NCBI GenBank assembly: GCA_012026655.1
Contig: JAAILG010000593.1
Location: 1 to 64,000 of the forward strand
Direction of reading: 5' to 3'
From: Hydrolagus affinis
Taxonomy: Eukaryota
Length of the DNA: 64,000 bases
Numbering within the stretch: the first letter of the stretch is position 1; each line of letters starts with the position of its first letter. Positions 33,996-46,700 of this stretch are shown piece by piece. The notes beneath the pieces are model-generated. The model was not told the DNA's origin. It did no database searches and saw only the letters and a program-made list of their open reading frames with translations. A program made the translations under genes and the position numbers.

Positions 33996-36689
33996 ACTTT
34001 GATGCATCAAGGCAATAGAGCAAGACAGGGTAGGTTCAGGGTTTTGAAGGGCAATTATAGAATTGATACCAAAAAATATTTATGATAATTCATGGCTGGG
34101 ACAGGTTACCATACCAGAGAGTATTAGTTGAGGAAGTACTCAACTCATTTTAAGAAACAACTTGTTTTTTGTAGTGGGAGGACAGTTGGGTAGAAGAGTG
34201 ATACTAAAGGGCCGAAGGGTCTCCAACATTCGTACCTCTCTCGTGATCTTAAGACACATAAATGATATGAAGCTGTGCTTCAATCAGATTCATGATTTCA
34301 CTGTTTTCTTCAAAATTTGTCGGTCCATTCAAGCAGAGAGTGTGCACTGAAGATAAAGTGCCTCCTCAAGAGAAATGGTAAAGAGTGCATTTATGAATAT
34401 TTTAATTTAAATCATCTTTCTGCGAGAGCTGGGATGAAGCTTTACAATCTTCCGAATATCATTTGGTTGACAAGTTATTTTAACCTTAAAATCTTTTGTT
34501 GGGATGTCTTTGGAAGTCGAGCTCACTCAAGGCAAGCATGCTGCTCCCGTTTTCAAAATTATTATTTTTCATCAGGGAATTATAGTTCTGGAAAAAATAT
34601 AGTAAGGTATATTAGTGAAATCAAAGGTAAATGGGAAGGTTTGCGAGTTGTGTTTAATCACCTATCTGAAGTGGAAGCAACCTATCTCTGCTCTGCTGAA
34701 CTCAAAGCCAACTGTTGGCAACATGCAAACATTTCTTCAAACCCGATTATTTTGGGGAAAGAATGAGATACATAAGTGGGTTAGCATGCTGTCCTTTCAC
34801 CTTGTGAGTTTTAATACAGCCTCCAGATATGGGTGTAATTGAAACTCTGATGATTATGGCACGAGCTGGCATTCATTTGTATCAAATGAAAGAATTCGCA
34901 CTGGTTCAGCCCTAAATTCTGTTCAGGTTTTGGAGCTGAGGCAGCATTGCTGGCATAGAGTTGAATTTTCCTTTGCTTCTGACTCCTGCTTTACCTGAGC
35001 AATGAATGCTTGATGCTCACAATCGCTACACTAAGTGGGAACAGTGCCTTCTAATTTGTAGGACTGCCATTCCTTATCATGTGCTCACAAGAGGTTTGGA
35101 TAAACAAGACCTCTCATGTCATTTAATCTTCTCCTTCCAGAACATAAATCTGTTCTCCAATAACAACAACAAAAATCTAATTTTTTTATCCATCTTTCTG
35201 GCCTTATCCACACTTCGTGTTGTGAATTGCCCTGTGGGTAAATAAATGCTTCCTGGCATGTGTACCTCAATAAGGTCTCCAAGAAGGATAAAATCAAAAT
35301 TTTGTGTCTTTCTCATGACCTTAAGAAGATATAGCAGTCTCAACTTATCCCATTGATTTGACAATATAGCCCAGCATCGTCCTTGCCTTATTATTTTAGG
35401 GGTCTATATTTGTGTTTAATTTCTTTCACCTCTAAAACCATTGTTTTTGACATGTCTTTTCTACAGTACAGCCTCATTATAATGCCCTCTAATATATATC
35501 TGCCTCGCTTTCAGCATGAGTCTTCTGTGTACCTGAGCGAACTGAAAGTGAAGTGCGCCTAGCTTCTTTTGCTGAATTGATGGCTTCCCACTCTAAAAAA
35601 AAGATTGACTTTGAATTTGTGAAGTTGCTGCTGACTTACTGGTTATGCATTTAACATTGCAGAAGTGATGTCATTGTTCTGGATCTCAATTATAATGCAG
35701 TGAGTGAGGCATAGGACCCAGCCAACCTAGTTTGTAATGAGGTTTCACTGTATTCAAAGGGTGCTTCTGAAGACCTGGATATTTTTTAACAATGCATGAC
35801 TTGTTTGGAGTCACACAGGAGAATTTCTCATTATAATCCCTCTCTCCCACTCCTCCAATATCAGTAATTTTGTAAACAGCGGGAAATCAGACACACTTGG
35901 TCATAAAAATTATAGACAACAACTTGCCTTCGTATAGCACCCATCATGCTGGATGGCAACTCGGAGTGCTTGCAATTCACTGTAATTGGCAAGACCTTGT
36001 ATCTGCCAATTATGTTGAATAGTTAAAAATATGGTGTAACCTTGTTAATAATTACATTGACTTTGTTTTAATTCCTCTGCACCCTCCACATGATATATGT
36101 ACATTTCCATTTGAGTCTTTCTGAGAGAGTGAGGACCATATAACTGCATTGTGCTGGTGTAGTGCTAATATAATGGGGCCAGAGTTTTTAAAGAAACATG
36201 GCAATGGATGAGAAGTGACGTGAAACACAATCCCTTAAATCAATTATTTATCAGTCAGTCCAGCCTCATTGTTTCCCTGCAGAGTTTATGTGAATATCTA
36301 TTTATGAGATGCAGGTAATCATCTGCTGTCTTTATCCTTCCCCAGCATTGTATATGAGCCTGCTTTGAGTGATTCAAGACAAACTTGTTGTGGCTAGTCA
36401 TCAATAGTTCATCGGAGAATTGTGCCCGTAACAACGAACAACAAAATTATATTTATATAGCACTTTTCACATTGGAGGGACATGAAAAATATCCATTAAA
36501 AATGTCTAATAATTACTTTAAAATGTTGGTAGTTGGTCTTCCCCTCCTCTTCTAAAGTCCATAAGGGAAGGAAAGACTTCAATTTTAGAAGCAGCAAACC
36601 TAGCCTGAAGTCTGTCCCACTTTTAATTGTACCCAGAATTGATCTCACATCGGATAAAAAATACCTTGGTTTTTGTTGCAACATTGGTT

Positions 36690-36925
36690 TTAAACAGTTT
36701 ACATTTGTACCATTTACGTTGGAAAAACATGTCAAAGCGCTTCACAAAACTGGCTGAGAGCCTGAGCTGGGGGAGGGGTGGTTAGATGGGGAGAAGGTGG
36801 CCAATAGCGCAAAAGTCAAAGAAGCAAGACAGCTTTTGAAGTCGAAGAGGAACATGGCAAGGTGGAGGGACCAGGATGGAGTTCCAGAGAATCAGGGTAA
36901 AGCGGATGTAAGATTACTCTCCCAT
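36690..36925 (-). mobile_element. L2 LINE 3' remnant
   Basis: ttacatttgtacc...tcaaagcgcttcaca tail followed by a purine-rich L2 3' region (ggatggagttccaga). Confidence 0.55.
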
Positions 36926-37008
36926 GCCGGGCAGAGAGGGTTTTATATACAGGTGCTTAAGAGTACAAAAGCAATAATGTTAAGTTTGTTAAGCTCCATC
37001 AATGTCAT

Positions 37009-37076
37009 AAGCGCTCCAAGACTCAAGCCCATGTGAAGGGTGCTATATAGAAGGGTTAAGGATGCAAGTTGTTGTT
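37009..37076 (+). mobile_element. L2-type 3' tail
   Basis: aagcgctccaagact...gtgaagggtgctatata...gcaagttgttgtt. Confidence 0.6.
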
Positions 37077-38664
37077 TTAAAGAGGAATAAGTTCTGCAAC
37101 ACTATCGCTCCATGTAGGTCACTGACATGAACATTTTAGGATTGAATGAATACTCCTATGCTCTTTGTGTACTCAGAGCTGTGGTTGCATTCATCAAGGT
37201 GTTGATTTGGAATCTGTCTGAAAATAAAATATATTGGAAATAATATGGGATGAGTTCCACTAACCTGCCATGGGATGCAGCCTTCAAACTCACTTTTATT
37301 GAGTTATCAACTGTAGCGGAAATTAAAATTTAATACAAAATGTAATTCATTGTTAGATTTTCTGTTCACATTGCAGCAAGTATTTTATTGCACAGTATTA
37401 AATTAAGCTCCTCTAAATCCAGGACACTGGAGAGCTGTTATATCACAGAATATAATTAGCTGCTTACTATTTATATACATTGAAATAATTATTGTGTAAA
37501 CATGGCTCATGATGCCTGTAGATGATATATTCTTGACACAATGTACAGTACAAAGAGGTTAGATTTTAAGGCAGCATTTTTTGCAAAACAGTTTTCAGCT
37601 TTGCTTTCACAATGTGCAAAACAATCAAGCTGAAAATCAGTCTGTTTGTCATACTTCATTAACAACCTGTACTTATATATAATAATCCTTGCAAGTCGCG
37701 TCATTCATGTAGGATAGTCTCTCCTGAATAATGTATTCAGAATGTTGTTGTTGTTGTTGTTACAACAACAAAAACAAAATCACATTTGTATAATGGTTGT
37801 GAAGTTGGACACACAGCATGGGAGAAGGTTACGGGCAGTTAACCATAGGAGTGGTTGAAAAGTTAGGATGTAAAGATAGATGGGGTGAGGCAGAGCGACT
37901 TCTACAAATGATAGCGGATCTTGTCCTGTAATAGTCAGAAAAGCCTCACTCTCTGTGACAATACGAGGGGAATTCAGTTTTTTAACCTGAACTAACTCAA
38001 TGTACACTACAGTACTTGTTTTCACTCAGAAACACTGCTTCCATGTGTATTTTGGGTGTTTCACGTCCGTTGTCATTTAGACATTAGATCAAAGTTAACT
38101 ATGAAGGTCTAGAATTGGCTTTCCGGTCCCTTGAGATAGTGCTCTCTATATTTCACTATTATAAGTAGTACAGTACTGTACCACAGAACTCAACAAAATG
38201 TACATTCCATTAATGGACTTAATTGCAAAACAGCTAAAAAATGTTGTCCTAAAAATAGGAAAGATTTTTAAAAAAATATAGTGTGTCTGCCTAACAATCT
38301 ATCCATATTTTAAAGAACATTTCCCCCTTTGCAGGCAAAATATCATTAATTGCACATTAAAGAATCGGTCAGTTTACTTGTTGAGTGTCAACCGGATTCA
38401 ACTGGCTCAGAGTGGAGATGCAAATACAGAGCTAAATTCTGCACAAGAAGTAGATTGTTGCATCTGTGAGTTAGACTGATTGCACAATCTGTTATTCTGA
38501 AGTTTGAGTTTCTATGTAAATCCTACATGTTAATATCAACAAGAACAAAATTACATTTGTAATCACGTCAGGAAGACGCCCCAATATCAATGAGCTGGTA
38601 GCTTCTTTATCACATCAAACTGTAATGTGAAATGATGGTAGTCTGTTTTTACATTGCAAAGATT

Positions 38665-38785
38665 GATTATGGCGGTCTTGATAGTCTGGTTCCTCAGCCA
38701 GGCAGGTCCACAGTATTTCAGGCATTGCTGATGACAACAGACTGTCTAGCTCATTAAGCAGAACTTGGAAGGCAGACCAATCAAA
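38665..38785 (+). mobile_element. Unclassified interspersed repeat, copy B (partial)
   Basis: gtctggttcctcagccaggcaggtccacagtatttcaggcattgctg...ttggaaggcagaccaatc matches the core of copies A and C. Confidence 0.75.
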
Positions 38786-39267
38786 TCTTATTATTTAAAG
38801 CTTCAACTCACATTTCACCAAAGCACTGCCACATTTACATTCAATGCCTTGACCAAATCGTCGTTTGAAGTAGTTGGGCAGAAGTACATTGGGAGAGGGG
38901 TTTAGAAGTTTGGAAGTAGGAATTAACATCAGAAAATATGAACTATGTTAATCTGATGTGTTGTGGTTGTAATAATGAACACTGCTAAAATTTGCTTGTG
39001 ATTATACTCTCTGGAGAATTTCTGCAGTCTAGTATCACTAATTAGAGAATAATGGAACTTTATTACAAGGCAATTTAGAGTGATAGAATGAAAATCAACT
39101 TTGACATGTTGGAGACGGTTTGATTGATCTCTTGACATATTAGCTAAAAGGAATGAACAAACGCATTACCTACTTTCAACTTCCATTACTAGTTGCAAAA
39201 TAGGTAATATTTGTAATATTTGTGAATATGTTTAACAGTGAATGTATCACTTGCAATAGATCATCAT

Positions 39268-39592
39268 TGTGGAGTCCTGTAGCTCAGTGGTTAGAGCACT
39301 CGCCTTACAAGCGTGATGAGACCTGTGTTCGAATCCAGGCAGGTCAGAACGAAACCTTGAAGTTTCCTTACTCCACACACCTAATAATAACACCTCCAAA
39401 AAAAACCACAATAATAAAATTTGTCATTTCAATCCATAACTGTTTGTGGGACGCTGGTGTGCACAATTGCCTACTGCGTTTTGTCCACAAATATACAGTC
39501 AATTCATTTTACAGCACATTCTGTGAAGCTCTTTGAGATGTCTAGAAGACGTGAAAAGCACTCTATCAAAATGCAAGGATTATTAGTATTAT
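39268..39592 (+). mobile_element. Near full-length tRNA-headed Deu-domain SINE
   Basis: tgtggagtcctgtagctcagtggttagagcactcgccttacaagcg (A box), gttcgaatcc (B box), Deu core gtgcacaattgcctactgcg and tail gcaaggattattagtatta. Confidence 0.92.
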
Positions 39593-40104
39593 ATCTGCTT
39601 GTCTGTCATACCTGATCAGTATAGTTGCTTTGCACATAACATTTTCATGATGCCAATTAGTTATCCTCCTTAACTTCATTGCCTCTTTATTGACCAGTAT
39701 GTTCAGGTGTTGATTCACACATTATGTAAGAAACACTGTGCCAACCATTAGTCTCTTGCCATGAAGATTATGTTATCACACTGTACTTTTAGTTCCTTTG
39801 TAACTTAACTACAAAAACAACTTTAATTTTCAAAAGGATTAAAAGCAGCATGAAACTTTTCAATCTCGTTTCAAATGCCCCTTTGCCAGCGTCTCTGGAT
39901 TTAGACTTTGTGCAACCAGCAATTTGAATCCTACAGTTTAGTATGTGATGTGGTTTGTTGAATGATTTTACTGTTTAGTGCATGCATTAGAAGCTCCTGC
40001 ATTCTATTTTTTTCAAGCACGCAAGATTTGTTAAAAGTTGTGAACTTTGAGTGAGAACTTTCAATGTTGCAGCATCAAGATTTTACAATTTTATGAAATA
40101 TAGC

Positions 40105-40375
40105 GGTCGCAGGATTGAGGGAACAGACGGGTTGGCAGGGGGTTAGGAGTTCACAGATGTAGGGTGGGGCTAGGCCATGGAGCACTGCAAAGGTGAGGAC
40201 CACAATCTTCAATTGAATCCTCTGGGTGATGGGAAGTCAATGGAGTTGGGCAAAAATGGGGCTTATAGGATCGCAGAGCTTGGTATTGGAGAGGACATGG
40301 GCTGAGGCGTTCTGGATGATCTGTAGCCAATGGAAGGAGGAGTTGGGGAGGCCAACAAGCAGGGCATTCTTTAGC
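40105..40375 (-). mobile_element. L2 LINE ORF2 C-terminal fragment
   Basis: ORF 40237-40497 ends NALLVGLP...LQIIQNASAHVL...ISPIFAQLH, an L2 signature. Confidence 0.85.
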
Positions 40376-40470
40376 ATATTGATCTTATCTAAAGTGATTG
40401 TGCTGTTATTGTATTCATTGTGTGATAAGTAAAACAGAAACAGCCTGGTGATGTTTAACAGCCTGCAATA

Positions 40471-40620
40471 TAATCGATCGATCGATCGATCAATCAATCA
40501 ATCACTTACATTTATTTAACGCTTTTCACGTCGAGAGGACATCCCAAGACGCTGTTCAGTTAGGTAGGGACAAGAGCAGGGGGGGAGGGGTCGGGGCAGG
40601 ATGAAGAAGAGTAGAAAAAT
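40471..40620 (-). mobile_element. L2 3' end with (ATCG)n/(ATCA)n microsatellite tail
   Basis: atcgatcgatcgatcgatcaatcaatcaatca, then cttacatttatttaacgcttttcacgtcgagaggacatcccaagacgctg. Confidence 0.75.
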
Positions 40621-40622
40621 TT

Positions 40623-40931
40623 ACTGTATATTTGTGGGCGAAACGCGGCAGCCAAATTGCGCACAGCAGTGTCCCATAAACAGTCGTGGAAGTGGGATTA
40701 GGGGAAAAAGGGGGGAAAGATGGCAAGGGGAGGGGTCAGGGTAGGGGGAAGGAGAGCAGGAAAGCCGACTATATTTGTGGGCGAAACGCGGCAGCCAAAT
40801 TGCGCACAGCAGTGTCCCACAAACAGTCATGGAAGTGGGATTAGGGGAAAAAGGGGGGAAAGATGGCAAGGGGAGGGGTTGGGGTAGGGGATAGGAGAGC
40901 AGGAAAGCCGACTGTATATTTGTGGGTAAAA
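40623..40931. repeat. Tandem array of a ~144-bp chimeric unit (Deu-SINE core plus purine-rich segment), two copies plus a partial third
   Basis: Units start at 40623, 40768 and 40911 and are nearly identical. Confidence 0.92.
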
Positions 40932-43514
40932 CCAGAAATACTCAAATTAGGAAATATAGTGAATAAAGAACATGCAAAATGGAATGCCAGCCGAACATGA
41001 AGTAGATTGTTTGTTGGTGGCTTACAGGCACAATTCTTCTAAAGGGGAAGATTGGTACCTTACCAGGCAGAAGCTAGAAGTGCTGTGTGGGTGAAGGGAA
41101 GAATGGAATTGTAAACAATGTATTGACTATTCAGTTTCAGCTGAGTTAGGCATCTCAGAAAGTAAGACTATATGACTAAATGAAGGTTGCCAAATAAAGC
41201 AAAATAGCTAATGTTTCCTAAACTAATTTCAACTTGAATTCAAAACATGAACTCCAAACACTTCCTCCTCCAGATATCCTTCATTACTTTGGCAAGAAAG
41301 TATTATTACGGTTTAATTTTCTACAAGAGAGAATTCATCGAGATTATGATCTTTTCAATTTATGAAAGGAATGAATAAAAAAGTGAATCTTTACGTAACA
41401 CAACTCTCAACATTTTCTCCACTATGTTCTTAAAAATATATGAATTATAGCATTTTAAGTACTATATTAAAATATTTTGAACGATGCAGGAATGAGTGTC
41501 TTGATCCATAAAATATACCCCTGCAACTTAGAGGAAATTGTATCTATCCTTGCAGCTGCTTTAAAGAGTGTTGCATTAATTAAGATTCATAAAGTTATGT
41601 TAGTACTACTGGCAACGTTGCTGATTCATTATGCCACTTGGGGAATTCTGTTGAATAGTGGTGATATGACTGAGGGTTTATTCCCTAGTGTACATACCTT
41701 TTTTGGTACCAATTTGTTGTGGTGGAAACATCAGTAATTGGGAAACCTTTATTGTACAAATTACATTGGGAAAGCATGATGTATTCAATGTTTGATGGCA
41801 AAAGAAATCCCGTGGAAGCACATACCCAAGATTATTACTGCTCCGTCTCAAGCAAATGAGGTAATGTAGGAATACAGGAATGTAGCAATCAGAAAATAAA
41901 GGTCATCTCTTTCTTGAGCATGGTCAATTCAGACTACATTGTTACCAGCTGTCACATATCCAACAACTGGCAGACAACTGTGGCTTCAAAATAACTGGCA
42001 GATAAGAGGGCAGAACTCTTTTACACTTGTGACATTAGATGTGGAATGTGATGCTCGATATTTTGACATTCCTAAAATACACTGTTAGATAGAAAGTTTG
42101 TACTAAGTTCCTTAGTTCACATCTGTGGCTTGTTTTCCACCAATTTATTTAATACTTACCTTACATCCATTCTAATTGTTGCTGATTATAAATACTACGT
42201 TCATAGGTGCAATACAATGTTTTGGGGATTGAAATGTTTTGTTGAAATCAAATCAAATAAATTCATAATTGCAGAATCTAGAATCTAACTGGCTCCCTCA
42301 ACTCAGCTACCCATTGTAAATGCTTTGATGTGATAAAAGGCGCGATATAACTTATAATTTGTGACTCCTCTGAAATTGGGCATGTAGATGTCATATTTCA
42401 ATTGGCTTTCAAACTGCACTGCAGGGCCTCAATTTGTAATGAGCCTTTCATGTTGAAATGTGCATCTTAAAACACTCATCAAGGATTGCTTCAGGACTAG
42501 ACGTAACTTCTGAGAAAAAGGACGTTGATGTTTTGGGGGGGACATTATTAAATCAAGTTTCTTAACAAAGTCTTCAAGTGCATTATATTCTAAGCTGCAC
42601 CTTAGATTCCTCCAAGTTCTGTGAACCATTTGCCCATGCACAAGAATCCTCCCAAGAGTTAGAGTGAAAGGGTTTGAATTATAGAAAGCCATTATCCACA
42701 CTTGAGTCGAGGAGCACAGCAACATGCAAGAAAATGGGACATCATCTTTCATAATTTAACAGGCTAAACCTCAATAAGACAAATTCTTTGGAATGCTCAG
42801 ATTCCACATTCATTTTGAGCTCATTTTCAATTTATGATGAAGGGTTACAGTGAGATGCCACATATTTTGTATTGACTTATGACATGAAAAGGAAGGTCAA
42901 TTCACTCTTAATGTAACGCATCAGGCATAGTTGAGTTAAATAAATCCCAAATCTATTATGTGATCACTGGGCATTAGGAACACTGGTGAAGCTCAGATTT
43001 GCTCTGGCTCATCAGATTAGATACAAAGGTTTTGAAAAATTTTAATGACATGAAAGCAGCTGTTGAAAATATACCATCAAGTTGCTTAGAAAGGCCAGTA
43101 AAGGGCAAATTGTGTCAGTTACCATGAGTAATAGATTTAAAAAGACATGTAAGCAAGTGGAAGGGCCAGCGCAGAAATGTACTGGCTTGTATTTGTTGAT
43201 TTTACATTTAAGTGCAATGAAGGCATCTATGTGCAATATTTTATAGTTTTTTGTGAATAGAATTATTTGTAATCAGTTTCTACCGCTGTTCATATGGCAT
43301 AATTATACCGCTGAATGTGAAAGGTATCAGTTCCAGCATTAAAGAGATTATGAATGGAAATCTGATTACACATTCTGTTGTAAATCGCATTGGCCAGTCA
43401 TAAGATTATACAGACTGTGTCGATTTTGTGAATATATGAATATGACTATATATTCTATAATATAATAACTAAGGACCCAATTTCAGGTTTTACATTTTTT
43501 ATGTTACAAAGCCA

Positions 43515-43735
43515 CTTCTTTGGTAGCATTTATCAAAGCTTTTCACATGGTTTTTAAGTAAAGTCGAATTCCAAATGACTGTGCAATTGTGGGTGAATGG
43601 AGCAGCCAATCTGCACACAGCAATGTCCCACAAAAAGCTGTGTCGAAATTTTACCTTCTGGATTGATGGCCAGGACATTGGGAGATTCTCTCTTGTCTCT
43701 TCAAACAGTACAATGGTTTTCATTAATTGCTCCAA
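43515..43735 (-). mobile_element. Deu-SINE remnant (older subfamily)
   Basis: gcagccaatctgcacacagcaatgtcccacaaa...tggccaggacattgggaga...tcttcaaacagtacaatgg. Confidence 0.75.
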
Positions 43736-46700
43736 AATTCTTAAGGGTGTGATTTTGGCAGAATCCAAATTGGTTCATTGTTTTACCCTGCCACTTTTTT
43801 GCATATGATCTGACAAACCTGGCTCTTATATGATTTGTCTCTTATTTTAGATTGTGCTGGTCAATTCCAATTTTCATTCTGCTTCTCAGAATGAATCACT
43901 GCAAAAAGCCTGTGTAACCAATACATTGCTTGCTTCAATCAACTTCTTGAAACTTACAAGAACACATATTTCAAAAGCCTTTGTTTAGTGAAATGTTTCT
44001 TTAAAGTTTCAAGAAGTCTTTCATCTCTTACGAATAGCCAACTAATGAGTAAATTTCAGGAGTGTACTGCAGAATATTGATGCTGATGTGGGAATAAACT
44101 CTTGATGACTTGATGTTGAGATAAATTTCCTTCTATCTGTGTTGAGATCTACCTGTGTTAAAATGCAACTCTTTATTTCTTTTTTAGCATGAACAAAAAT
44201 AGATTTGTGATCTAGGAAAGGAAGTGTAAGTTCTCTCAATTTATTCAAATGCTTTGGTTTAGAAAAGTCAGCAATCAGTGCAACAACCTCTGCTATTACA
44301 GAGAGCAAGACAGTGTGATTAACTTTTTGTTGAGGACGAACATCCCAAGTGGCTCTTGCTTAAGGGTTGCTCTCTGGAATGCTCTGTTTGCACAGAGTGA
44401 TGTGATGTGTGACGACGATTTTCGTCATGCTGTGCTCTTGAGTAGAATTATTCCGCTTTGGGAATTAGAGACCAGGCATTTCCTCACGCGAAAGGGGTGG
44501 TAAATGAAAATTGCAAGACTGATTGCTGTAACTGATAAAGCTGTTCATTCGATGGTTTTAATTTCCACTTGTACAGTGAGCACTGGGATGGGCTGCCTCT
44601 TTATGGTATCTCCTTGCATTCTATCAAGAAAAATCTACCTTATGCTTTTAAAAAAATTACTGATCTGGTTAGATTGCCTGCTGGGTAAATGTGCTCCTTT
44701 AATGAAAGAGATTAACATCATCCCTTTTCCTCCTCCTGCAGACAGTCAAGTTCCTAAATTACCATGATGTGGATGGAGTGTGTGTGTCTGTGCTGCAGTG
44801 TCACACTTCAGCACTGCAAAACACCATGCTACAATACTGTAGCCTTAACACACACATAGAAAAATGAACTGTTGACAGCAATGTTTTGACTTTAAAAGGT
44901 TTTTCTTCATTATAATGCTGTTTGATGAACTTAATTAATGGTAATCATTCAAATTTGTTTGAGAACATTGCACACAAAAACCAGGAAGTTTATTTACAAT
45001 TTACATCATCAAATTATGTACTTACAATAATCTTTTCCCTGTGCATTTCAAAGATTATGCCCCATTTGATGTACCATGATGAAGGTCAACCATCCTCAAT
45101 TCTTGGATATCCTTGTCTTTCAAATTTAAGATCTTTAAATGTTGTAATGATGATATGGTGATGTTTGAAGAGATCGCATTCCAATCGATTAACTTTTAAA
45201 CATTTTTCTAGAAAAAACAAATGGAATGTTAGCTCAAACCATTTTAGTAAACTGTAAGTAAAACAAATCGAGTATCAAAGTGCAGTATATTCCTTGACTG
45301 TAAGAACACCATTGAAGTAAACTATTTGGATCGGCTCAAGAGACTACTGGTAGCATTTCTGTAGAAAGGAAAGATACTGAGGAGCCTTGTAAGTGACGCA
45401 AAGGTTTGGCCTAATCCTAAAAAGTCCTATACAGTATTTGATAGATGTTTAAATTGTTACCCATACATTGCTATGAGTGTCGCTGTCTGTATTTTAAGGT
45501 TACTCGCCATCAGACAGAAGTTTGGAGCTTTAGAATCCCTAGATGGCATGTCTGGTAGAGATCTAACTTGCACATCAACTAGACTCTACTGGCATCTCTG
45601 CCTAAATGACTCTGTGCCCACACTTGGAGTAAATTACAGGATTGTTTCTTTCACAATTAGTTGGTTTGCTTAATCATGCATTTGCATGGAATATTTTAAT
45701 TGCTAACATTCTGGTTGCTGTTCAGTGGATATGTGGAATGCCCTAAAGTTATATTAGATAAAGATTGAAACTGTTTGACTGCAAGATTCCTTAAAACCCT
45801 TTATAAGGACACCAGCTGGATGCACAATGTGCAATAATAATTCACTTCTGGTACCTTGGTGTAAATCATATGTCATTTGCAGCAAACATGTCAGGCAAAC
45901 ATGTTGTGAATAAGCCATGGGGAAAAAAAATCCTCAATAAAATTAAACTATTATTTTTGTTGAGGAGCTTAACTCTAAAGTTTAGGCGCCTAACATTGTC
46001 ATCTTGATCTAGCAGCACACATTGCTGATGGTATCCAACACAATTAATTTTTCGTAGCTGTTTGATAAGATACAAAGTGAACTTATGCATTTAGGAAATA
46101 TAGCTCCATTGTAAAGCATCCTTGTCACATATACATGCAGAGGAGTATCAAGATGCTTTCATGGAACTTTTTCATTACATTATTTACAATATAATAGATT
46201 AAGTATGCTGACAAATCAGCGCATGTATCGCAGTTGCTGTTAAATATTTAATTGGTCAACGCATACGTGTGTTCTTAATTTTTGTGCTTGCTGATGCAGG
46301 ATTACATTTCATTTGGACAGTTGCCATCTTTCTTCAGTTTCTTATCATACGGTTAAATATTTTATTTTGTATTGTTTTTACTGATGATTTACTTTCACTA
46401 GTCTAAAAGTGTTACTTCCTGTTCTCTATCTCAGAGAGTGGAAAATGACTTGTTCTGGTATAGTATGTAACCAACCACCAACATCATTAAGAAGTTGTAG
46501 GAGAGAAATCTTCTCCACTTTGGTAAGGTTCTGGTCTGTGTTGAACACCCACCGATTACCCGTCCAATAGTGGAACTGTGTTTTATCATTTATCATTTAA
46601 ATGGCAGCAGCGCATTTGTATAGCAATATGCCAATAACACCAGAAAGAACAAATATACAGAAAAAAATCTTCATCATTGGAAATGCTAACTTCAGATTTT

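Noticed and set aside
34317-34766. 149-aa ORF
   Set aside because: Non-ATG start, composition typical of AT-rich non-coding DNA and no recognisable homology.
39271-39345. tRNA-Val(TAC) gene (also at 62848 and 5105-5177)
   Set aside because: No proper acceptor stem or terminator, and each runs directly into a SINE body and tail. These are SINE heads.
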